A program made the position numbers and the translations under genes. A stretch of DNA of 64,000 bases from an uncultured Myxococcales bacterium (GTDB taxonomy: Bacteria > Myxococcota_A > UBA9042 > DTJE01), in the NCBI GenBank assembly GCA_937975765.1, contig CALJUR010000081.1, forward strand, positions 1,706-65,705, written 5' to 3'. The notes beneath the pieces were generated by a model that had not been told where the DNA came from, made no database searches, and saw only the letters and a program-made list of their open reading frames with translations. The number at the start of each line of letters is the position of its first letter. Within the stretch, counting starts at the first letter, position 1. Positions 56,921-64,000 of the stretch are shown one piece after another.

Positions 56921-58329
56921 TCCGTCTCCCCCGCCGTCGCCTGGGCCGTCTGCCCCGTCCCGTACACGTCGGACCCGCCCCGGGCGAAGCGCCCGGCGAG
57001 GTCGTCCGGGAACTGCCACGCCACCAGGTGCCCCGACTGCGTCGCCATCCACAGGTTCCGCCCGGCCAGCAGCGGCGTCCCCGCGATCGCCACGGGCACC
57101 GTGAACGACAGCCCCTCCGTGAACGCCACCGCCCCGGCCGCGTCCGTCCGCAGCAGCGACGCCACCTTCCGCCCGTCTGAAGCGATCGCAGCAACGCGCG
57201 GCGCCGCTCCCAGGAACGGGTACGCCGTCCCGGCCGCCATGCCCAGGTCGCCGCGCCCCACCAACGAGCCGCGGTCGAACAGGTCCCGCACTACCGCGAC
57301 CTCCCCGGATTCCAGCACCGCCACCACCGCCCCGGACGCGTCCGCCAGCAGCCCGCCGGCGACCTTCCCGTCCAGCGGCGTCGTCCACTCGGTCGTGAAC
57401 GTCGCGCCCTTCTCGGTCATCGCCGCCAGCCGGCCGTCCTCCATCGCCACGAACACCCGCCCATCCACCTCGACGGGAGGCGCCGCGGGACGCGCCGGCA
57501 GCATCGCCACCGCGACCGGCCCGGACGGGTTCGCCCCGATTCGCACCGCGTGCAGCGTCCCGTCCCTCCACAGCACGTACAGGCGCAGCCCGCCGGCCGA
57601 CACCACGGGCGGGAAGGCGTCGTCCTCCCCCGCCGTCACCGGGGCCGCCGTGAAGACGCTGGCCGTGCGCGACTTCTCGTCGAACAGCACGACCTTGCCG
57701 GAGACCGTCGGCCAGCCCGCCACGCCGAAGTCCAGGTCGCGGCGTCCGGAGGTCGCTATCCCCCCCACGGGCGTATCGGACGGGATCGCGTCGATCTGTA
57801 CCCCCGTCAACGCATCCCTTCGTACCACCCCCCCGGAGTGCGCCACGTACACGTGGACGCCCCGGCTGACCGTCGGCGCCAGCACGGTCGCCGCCGAACC
57901 GACCTCGACCGCCTCCTCCAGCCGACCCGCCGGGTCCACCCTGCGCAGCACCAGCGTCGAGGCCCCGCCCGCGTCCACGGTGCGGCACGCCACGAAGACC
58001 CCGCCGTCCGCGTCCGCCACCGGCCCGGCCGGGTCGCGGCACTCGAGGTCGTGGTCCGCCACCAGGCAGTCGGTGTCGGCCGACCGGTCGCCCTCCACCA
58101 CCGCGCAGCAGCCGTCCCCGGCCACCGGCAGCGCCCCGTCGCAGCGGCCCGACTTGAAGCAGTAGCCGTCCTCGCAGGCGGTGTAGCCCTGCCCGGCGGG
58201 ACAGTCCGCCAGGGTCCGGCACTTCGGCGCCTGGACGTCGTCGTAGCACGCCGCCAGCAGCGGCACGGCCAGCGCCAGAAGTCCGCACGGGAACCGGCGC
58301 GACGGGGGGCATCGAGGGGGGGGAGACAT
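56917..58329 (-). CDS. PQQ-like beta-propeller repeat lipoprotein (BamB-like)
   Basis: Start MSPPPRCPPSRRFPCGLLALAVPLLAACYDD (lipobox). The N-terminus has a C-rich knot. The body has repeated motifs of about 40 aa (..GxVVAV..GEVAVV.., ..GRVFVAMEDGRLAA..) typical of PQQ/BamB propellers. Confidence 0.6.
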   Translation of the reverse strand: MSPPPRCPPSRRFPCGLLALAVPLLAACYDDVQAPKCRTLADCPAGQGYTACEDGYCFKSGRCDGALPVAGDGCCAVVEGDRSADTDCLVADHDLECRDPAGPVADADGGVFVACRTVDAGGASTLVLRRVDPAGRLEEAVEVGSAATVLAPTVSRGVHVYVAHSGGVVRRDALTGVQIDAIPSDTPVGGIATSGRRDLDFGVAGWPTVSGKVVLFDEKSRTASVFTAAPVTAGEDDAFPPVVSAGGLRLYVLWRDGTLHAVRIGANPSGPVAVAMLPARPAAPPVEVDGRVFVAMEDGRLAAMTEKGATFTTEWTTPLDGKVAGGLLADASGAVVAVLESGEVAVVRDLFDRGSLVGRGDLGMAAGTAYPFLGAAPRVAAIASDGRKVASLLRTDAAGAVAFTEGLSFTVPVAIAGTPLLAGRNLWMATQSGHLVAWQFPDDLAGRFARGGSDVYGTGQTAQATAGETE

Positions 58330-58438
58330 CGGGTTCACCTTGTCCTGCCAGGGTTCGGGAGCCCTTCGATGGTAGGTGTCCGAAGGGGACGGGGTCAAGG
58401 AAACGACGGCCGGATACCGCGCGAGGCACCCTGACGGG

Positions 58439-59224
58439 TCAGCGCCCGCCGCCCTCGGTACGGGACGGGTCGCGGGCCGGGATGGTGTTGAACCAGGATT
58501 GCAGGAAGGCGCGCAGCGGGTCGATCTCCTTGCCGTACAGGTAGGACGGGCCCAGCGACGGCCGCCCCTTCTCGTCCGTCAGCCCCGCCGACGGCGCCAT
58601 GTCCCCGCGCAGCACCTCGCGGTTCCCCTCGTCCGGCTTGCTGCGCCACATGGCCCGGCGCGCGCGCTGTTCGGCCTGCCACTGCGACTGCAGCCGCAGC
58701 AGGTCGTCCAGGTCCGCGGGCAGCGACGGCGCCATCGCCCGCAGCAGCCGCACCGTGGCCTCGGCATCCGCGGTGGCCCGGTGGGCGGTGTCCATCGTGA
58801 CGCCGAAGTGCCGCACCGCCTCCTCCAGCCGGTGCCGGTTCCCCGGCATCAGCCCGCGCGCGAACACCAGCACGTCCACGACGTGGCACTTCGGCAGTTC
58901 CAGGCCCACCCGCCGCAGTTCCGCCTGCAGCAGCGGCAGGTCGTAGCCCAGCACGTTGTACCCGACGACGACCTGCCCCTGGATGCGCTGCACGATCCCG
59001 GCGGCGAAGTGCGCGAACGTCGGTCTTCCCTTCAGGTCCGCGTCCGTCACGCCGGTCTTCTCCAGCGACGCCTCGGACAGCGGCCGCGTCGGGTCCATCA
59101 TCTCGCAGAACGGGTCCGTGACCGTGTCGCCCTGGAACGTCACCACGGCAATCTCGAAGATCCGGTCCTCGGTCACCGACAGGCCGGTCGTCTCCGTGTC
59201 CAGCCCGACCAGCGGCAGTTCCAT
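58439..59224 (-). CDS. DEDD-family 3'-5' exonuclease (DnaQ/epsilon-like)
   Basis: Exo I motif GLDTETTGL, Exo II VGYNVLGYDLPLL, Exo III HRATADAEAT. The start was trimmed to MELPLVGLD with GGAGG upstream. The listed ORF extends to 59449. Confidence 0.7.
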   Translation of the reverse strand: MELPLVGLDTETTGLSVTEDRIFEIAVVTFQGDTVTDPFCEMMDPTRPLSEASLEKTGVTDADLKGRPTFAHFAAGIVQRIQGQVVVGYNVLGYDLPLLQAELRRVGLELPKCHVVDVLVFARGLMPGNRHRLEEAVRHFGVTMDTAHRATADAEATVRLLRAMAPSLPADLDDLLRLQSQWQAEQRARRAMWRSKPDEGNREVLRGDMAPSAGLTDEKGRPSLGPSYLYGKEIDPLRAFLQSWFNTIPARDPSRTEGGGR

Positions 59225-59508
59225 CCACTGTGCCACGATGCCTCCTGTGCCGGCGCGCGCCCCTTCGACGCGCCCCTGGACGCGCCCCTGGACGCGCCCC
59301 GGATCCCTCGCCACCGCCTTGTTGACGTTCCGGCGATGACATCCTATTCTAGTTCGTGCCGGATCGGACGGCGCCCGCCGGATCGGTCCGGACCCCTTCA
59401 GGGTTCCTGTTCCCCCAGCCGGTGGGGGAGACCAATCCGCCCGTTTCAACGCCCGCTCTCTCCCGCCGGCTCACTCCACCCTGGGGTCCCCGGGGGTACG
59501 CAGGCGCA

Positions 59509-60879
59509 TCAGGCCGGCCTGAACGTGGACATGAAGTGGCGCAGCACCGGCGCCTCGTAGTCGAATTCCAGCCCGCGGATCTCGTTGCGCCGCCGGAACA
59601 CCTCGACCACGACCTCGACCAGGTACTCGATGTGGCTCTGGGTGTAGACGCGCCGGGGGATCGCCAGCCGCACCAGTTCGTTCGGTGCGCCGATGAACCG
59701 GCCGTCGTCGCCCCAGCGCCCGAACATCACCGACCCGATCTCGCAGCACCGCACGCCGCCCTCGACGTACAGGGCCGCCACCAGCGCCTGGCCGGGGAAG
59801 TTCTGGGCCGGGACGTCCGGCAGGAACCGCCTGGCGTCGATGTAGATCGCGTGGCCACCCGGCGGTTCGAAGATCGGCACGCCCGCCTCGATCAGCCGTT
59901 CCCCCAGGAACGCGACGCTGCGGATCCGGTACCGCATGTAGTCCGGGTCCAGCACCTCGTCCAGGCCCTGGGCCATCGCCTCCAGGTCGCGCCCGGCCAG
60001 GCCGCCGTAAGTCGGGAAGCCCTCGGTCAGGATCAGCAGGCTGCGGCACTTCAGCGCCAGGTCGTCGTCCTGCAGCGCCAGGAAGCCGCCGATGTTGACC
60101 AGCGCGTCCTTCTTGGCGGACATCAGCACGCCCTGGCACAGCGAGAACGCCTCCACCGCGATCTCGCGCAGCGACTTGTCCCGGTAGCCCTCCTCGCGCT
60201 GCTGCACGAACCACGCGTTCTCGGCGAAGCGGGCCGCGTCGATGTACATCGGCAGGCCGTGCCGGTCGCACACCGCCTTCACGGCCTTCAGGTTGGCCAT
60301 CGACACGGGCTGTCCGCCGGTGGCGTTGTTGGTGATGGTCATCATCACGCAGGGGATGCGGGCCGGGCCGACCTTCTCGATCAGCCGTTCCAGCGCGGCC
60401 ACGTCCATGTCGCCCTTGAACGGGGCCTGGGTGACCGGGTCGGTGTTGCGCGGATCCATCAGGTCCACGGCCTCGGCGCCGCCGTGCTCGATGTTGGCCC
60501 GGGTCGTGTCGAAATGGGTGTTCGACGGGATCACCTTGCCGGGCCCGCCGATCACCGAGAAGAGGATGCGCTCGGCGGCGCGGCCCTGGTGCGTTGGGAT
60601 GATATGCCTCAACCCGGTGAGGCTTTTCACCACGCTCTCGAAGCGGTGGAACGACCGGGCGCCCGCGTACGACTCGTCGCCGCGCATCATGGCTGCCCAC
60701 TGCTCGGAGGACATGGCCGAGGTGCCCGAATCCGTCAGCAGGTCGATCAGCACGTCCTCCGCCGGGATCTTGAACGGGTTGTAGCCGGCCTGCTCCAGGA
60801 TGGCCTGGCGCTGCTCGCGCGTGGTCATCTTGATGGGCTCGACCATCTTGATCTTGAAAGGCTCGATAATCGTTCGCAT
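59509..60879 (-). CDS. Beta-eliminating lyase of the tryptophanase / tyrosine phenol-lyase family (PLP-dependent)
   Basis: 456 aa with LLTDSGTSAMS, IPTHQGRAAE, the PLP-lysine region (VLMSAKKDALVNIGGFL), TEGFPTYGGLAGRD and C-terminal LEFDYEAPVLRHF. It has the shorter TPL-like length in the HQGR...DL region. Specificity (Trp vs Tyr) cannot be decided by eye. ATG confirmed with a GGAGG Shine-Dalgarno. Confidence 0.85.
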   Translation of the reverse strand: MRTIIEPFKIKMVEPIKMTTREQRQAILEQAGYNPFKIPAEDVLIDLLTDSGTSAMSSEQWAAMMRGDESYAGARSFHRFESVVKSLTGLRHIIPTHQGRAAERILFSVIGGPGKVIPSNTHFDTTRANIEHGGAEAVDLMDPRNTDPVTQAPFKGDMDVAALERLIEKVGPARIPCVMMTITNNATGGQPVSMANLKAVKAVCDRHGLPMYIDAARFAENAWFVQQREEGYRDKSLREIAVEAFSLCQGVLMSAKKDALVNIGGFLALQDDDLALKCRSLLILTEGFPTYGGLAGRDLEAMAQGLDEVLDPDYMRYRIRSVAFLGERLIEAGVPIFEPPGGHAIYIDARRFLPDVPAQNFPGQALVAALYVEGGVRCCEIGSVMFGRWGDDGRFIGAPNELVRLAIPRRVYTQSHIEYLVEVVVEVFRRRNEIRGLEFDYEAPVLRHFMSTFRPA

Positions 60880-61084
60880 GCCGCCTCCACTGGGAACGGG
60901 TCGTCGATCCAACGTGCGGACTCTATCGCCCCGGCCGCCGCCTGACAACACCTCGTTGCACGGCCCCGGGGCTTCCTTCCGAAGCGCCTGGCGGCCGGGT
61001 TCTCCGGGAATCTTGCTGCACTGCGTCAATCTGGCATGACCGTTGCTTCGGATCCGGGCAGGTGGCTCCTTGCATGGAGTATCG

Positions 61085-61774
61085 ATGAACACCAGCCAGC
61101 GATTCCATCGTGTGCCTCTCTTCGAAGGCTTGACGGACGCGCAGTTGCTGCACCTGGAGGACGTCGGGACCGAGGTCGCCTTCACCCGCGGCGAGGACCT
61201 GTTCCGCCAGGGCGATCCGGCCGACGCGCTGCACGTGGTGCTGCGCGGCCGCGTCAAGCAGGTGCGCCACGCGACGTCGGGCTCGTCCACGATCCTGGAC
61301 GTGCTGTCGGTGGGCGACGACCTCGACATCGCCAGCGTGGTCGACGGCCGGCTGCACTCGACCTCCGCCCGCGCGCTGTCCGACGGCACGACCTGGCGGC
61401 TGCCGACCGTGGCATTCCGTCGCCTGCTGGGCGAGTGGCCGCAACTGGCCGGCAACCTGCTGCGCCTGCTGGCCGTCCGGCAGCGGGAACTGGTCGAGGA
61501 CCTGTCCGCCCTGGCCGTGCTGAACGTGGAAGGCCGGCTGTGCCGCACGATGGCGGACCTGTGCCGCCGGTACGGGATCCTGGGCGACTGCCGCGGCGTG
61601 ATCCTGGACCTGGCGCTGACGCGGCAGGACCTGGCGGACCTGACCGGCACCACGCTGGAGACCGCGATCCGGGCGCTGAACCGGCTGCGGGGCCACGGCC
61701 TGGTCACCTGGGAGGGCCGCCGCTTCTTCGTGCCGGACATGAAGGCGCTGGAAGGGGTCATCGCCGCCGCTTGA
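61085..61774 (+). CDS. Crp/Fnr family transcriptional regulator
   Basis: N-terminal cNMP-binding-like beta-roll (LFEGLTDAQLLHLEDVG...GEDLFRQGDPADALHVVLRGRVK). C-terminal HTH (ALTRQDLADLTGTTLETAIRALNRL). The start may be 61043. Confidence 0.75.
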   Translation: MNTSQRFHRVPLFEGLTDAQLLHLEDVGTEVAFTRGEDLFRQGDPADALHVVLRGRVKQVRHATSGSSTILDVLSVGDDLDIASVVDGRLHSTSARALSDGTTWRLPTVAFRRLLGEWPQLAGNLLRLLAVRQRELVEDLSALAVLNVEGRLCRTMADLCRRYGILGDCRGVILDLALTRQDLADLTGTTLETAIRALNRLRGHGLVTWEGRRFFVPDMKALEGVIAAA

Positions 61775-61979
61775 GGGCGTACGCCGCCATCGCCCGGCCC
61801 GGACCCGGCACCGCATTCCCGGCACCTGGCGGCGCCGTTTCCCCGCGCGACCCGCACGGCCTTCCTTGCACCCGGCCCGCCGGCCAACGCGGGGCGTTCC
61901 CACGGCTTGCGATTCCTGCACGGCACTGGGATGATCCGATGCGTATGCCACAGCCCGGTCCCCGGCACGAGGTGAGGCC

Positions 61980-64000
61980 ATGATCGCGCCCGAACCCTCC
62001 CGACCGCACGTCCCGATCAAGCAGCCGCACGGCCTGTCCGTGCGCGCGAGGTGGCTGCGAGACTACTTCTTCGAGGGCGTGAAGCGGCCCTGGCGGAACG
62101 AGTTCCAGTGCTTCACGACGGGCACGCCGTGGGACGTGGTCTACGACGAACTGACGTACTACATCGTCCCGGAGACCTACGCGTTCTTCCAGCCGTTCCG
62201 GTCGTCGGCGCTGCAGGCGGCGAGGCCGGTGCCGGTGCCGGCGGACTTCTGGCTGTGGAGCCTGCCCGAGCGACGTGCCTGGTTCACCCGCGAGGTCCTG
62301 GTGGAGCACCTGCCGCACGAGGTCCTGCCGGGCGACCTGGTCGCGGGGGCGCGGTTCAACGTGCTGGCGTCCCGCTGCTGGACCCGCAGCGAGGTGCGGC
62401 GCCGGGACCGGCACGTGATGGGTCCGCACGGGACGCGGGCGGCGGTGAAGGAGTTCCACGACCGGGGGTACGGCAACGCGGGGGCCACCAGCGGGCACCT
62501 GATCGCGGACTACGCACGGGTGGTGCGGGAGGGATTCAAGGGGATCGACGAGGACCTGCGGGCGCGGCTGGAGGCGATGCCGGCGCACGAGCGGCTGGGC
62601 CGGAAGGGCGCGCAGTTGCGGGCGATGCGGACGGCCTGCACGATGCCCCGGGAACTGGCCAAGCGGTACGCCACGGCATGCCGGGAGGCGGCCCGACGGG
62701 AGACGGACCCCGAACGGCAGGACGAGCTGCAGCGCATGGCGACGAACCTGGACCGGGTGCCGTGGGAGCCGGCGACGAACTTCTGGGAGGCCCTCCAGGC
62801 GGTCTGGATGGCCCACATGCTGGTGATGAGCGACGAGAACTACCCGGGGGCGGGGGTGTCGTTCGGGCGGATGGACCAGTACCTGTGGCCGTACTGGCAG
62901 CAGTCGATCGCGAACGGCATGGCGCGCGAGTTCGGCAAGGAACTGCTGCGGTGCTTCTGGGTGCACTGCAACACGGTCTACGACGCCATGATCCAGGTGG
63001 GCGGGAACCAGGGCATCACGGCGGGGTTCGGCCAGTTGATCACGCTGTCGGGGATGGGCGCGGACGGCACGGACGCGACGAACGACCTGACCTGGGCGTT
63101 CCTGGAGGTCATCGACGAGATGACCCCGATCCTCGAGCCCAAGCCGAACGTGCGGCTGCACCGGGGGTCGCCGCAGGCGCTGCTGGACCGCGTGGTGGAC
63201 ATGGTGGCGGACAGCCAGGGCGCGCCGTTCCTGCTGAACTTCGACGAGCGGTCGATGGCGGGGATGATGCGGGAGGCGGAGCGCGCGGGCGTGCAGGACC
63301 TCATCCACGCGGGCAACGTGTGGGACTACGCCTCGGTGGGGTGCCTGGAGAACACGATGGTCGGCAACGACCGGTCGGGCACCGTGGACGTGAACCTGAA
63401 CCTGCTGAAGGCGGTGGAACTGGCGCTGACGGGCGGCTGGGACCTGGGCGTGGCGGCGGACGCCATCACGGGGACGCCGTACCCGAGGCGGCGGGAAGGC
63501 CCGGACACGGGCGACGCGACGCGGTTCGCGACGTTCGAGCAGTTCTTCGAGGCGTACGCGCGGCAGACGCGCTACCTGGTGCGGCGCGCGGCGGACCTGT
63601 ACGAGCGCAGCGAGGCGATCCGGGCGGAGTTCTGCCCGACGCCGTACGTGTCGTGCCTGGTGAGGGGGTGCGCCGAGAAGGGCCTGGACGTCACGCAGGG
63701 CGGGGCCGAGCTGTCGTTCGTGACGGTGGAAGGCGTCACGTTCGCGACGACGGTGGACTCGCTGCTGGCGGTGAAGGACCTGGTGTTCGACGCGAAGAAG
63801 TGCGGGATGGCCGAACTGGTGCAGGCGCTGCGCGACAACTGGGAGGGGCACGAGCGGCTGCAGGCGTGGGCCAGGAACCGGTCGCCGAAGTACGGCCGGG
63901 ACGACGACGAGGCCGACGCGATGGCGCGGCGGGTGATGGACCTGTGGACCGACGAGGTGTGGCGGCACCGGACCCGGAGCACTGGGCGGCGGTTCCGGCC
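61980..64000 (+). CDS. Glycyl-radical enzyme (PFL-like superfamily), 3'-truncated at window end
   Basis: ATG at 61980 with a GAGGTGAGG Shine-Dalgarno. The translation shows the PFL-like N-terminal domain and the active-site Cys loop (DYASVGCLENTMVGN). The window ends before the C-terminal glycyl-radical motif. Confidence 0.8.
   Translation, partial: MIAPEPSRPHVPIKQPHGLSVRARWLRDYFFEGVKRPWRNEFQCFTTGTPWDVVYDELTYYIVPETYAFFQPFRSSALQAARPVPVPADFWLWSLPERRAWFTREVLVEHLPHEVLPGDLVAGARFNVLASRCWTRSEVRRRDRHVMGPHGTRAAVKEFHDRGYGNAGATSGHLIADYARVVREGFKGIDEDLRARLEAMPAHERLGRKGAQLRAMRTACTMPRELAKRYATACREAARRETDPERQDELQRMATNLDRVPWEPATNFWEALQAVWMAHMLVMSDENYPGAGVSFGRMDQYLWPYWQQSIANGMAREFGKELLRCFWVHCNTVYDAMIQVGGNQGITAGFGQLITLSGMGADGTDATNDLTWAFLEVIDEMTPILEPKPNVRLHRGSPQALLDRVVDMVADSQGAPFLLNFDERSMAGMMREAERAGVQDLIHAGNVWDYASVGCLENTMVGNDRSGTVDVNLNLLKAVELALTGGWDLGVAADAITGTPYPRRREGPDTGDATRFATFEQFFEAYARQTRYLVRRAADLYERSEAIRAEFCPTPYVSCLVRGCAEKGLDVTQGGAELSFVTVEGVTFATTVDSLLAVKDLVFDAKKCGMAELVQALRDNWEGHERLQAWARNRSPKYGRDDDEADAMARRVMDLWTDEVWRHRTRSTGRRFR

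Noticed and set aside
56921-58429. 5' extension of the 53900..58429 ORF (about 500 extra residues)
   Set aside because: The extension is Gly/Arg-rich junk. It overlaps, in another frame, the BamB-like gene, which has a proper lipoprotein signal and propeller repeats. An in-frame GTG with Shine-Dalgarno and lipobox at 56920 explains the gene better.
60880-61084. Possible FNR/CRP box (TTGCActgcGTCAA) in the lyase-crp divergent promoter
   Set aside because: The dyad symmetry is poor (3/6 of the half-site positions) and does not match TTGAT-N4-ATCAA or TGTGA-N6-TCACA convincingly. It is not reported as a feature.

Overview
This is a very high-GC window (about 70% by eye) of bacterial chromosome. 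Six-frame ORF tracks are dominated by spurious long ORFs in a genome like this, so genes were called only where the translation shows recognisable family motifs or a signal peptide/lipobox. No rRNA, tRNA, CRISPR array or intact IS element was seen. About 50 genes are supported.

Gene content, in order:
- A housekeeping block: fmt, def and cysS.
- A CPBP protease, an acyl-CoA ligase, a GNAT acetyltransferase and a CoA-binding protein.
- A long accessory-looking region rich in secreted lipoproteins. Many are cysteine-rich repeat proteins of the kind typical of Myxococcota.
- A Ser/Thr kinase with a C-terminal PEGA domain.
- An envelope-glycan-like cluster: flavoenzyme, GT2 glycosyltransferase, CE4 deacetylase, a 650-aa orphan protein and a MepA-like peptidase.
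- A GldA/F/G-like ABC operon.
- A 1475-aa double-activase/dehydratase fusion protein followed by a TetR regulator.
- An outer-membrane porin-like protein and an SGNH hydrolase.
- coaE, an HU protein, pgi, upp and hpt.
- An operon of a PQQ-propeller lipoprotein plus two giant paralogous Cys-rich lipoproteins.
- A DEDD exonuclease.
- A tryptophanase/tyrosine-phenol-lyase family enzyme, divergent from a Crp/Fnr regulator and a glycyl-radical enzyme. The glycyl-radical enzyme is cut by the window end.

Observations not explained by ordinary gene content:
1. An in-frame, roughly 425-bp low-GC segment with switched codon usage sits inside one giant lipoprotein gene.
2. A 147-bp AT-rich element with 23-32 bp perfect terminal inverted repeats lies between two convergent genes.
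3. A roughly 28-copy CCCGAC(A) heptamer/octamer array follows a large lipoprotein gene.
4. A candidate promoter/operator palindrome lies upstream of the activase-TetR pair.
5. A beta-eliminating lyase, a Crp/Fnr regulator and a glycyl-radical enzyme cluster together, suggesting anaerobic aromatic amino-acid chemistry.

The likely source is a myxobacterium, possibly a facultative anaerobe such as Anaeromyxobacter. That is inference only.
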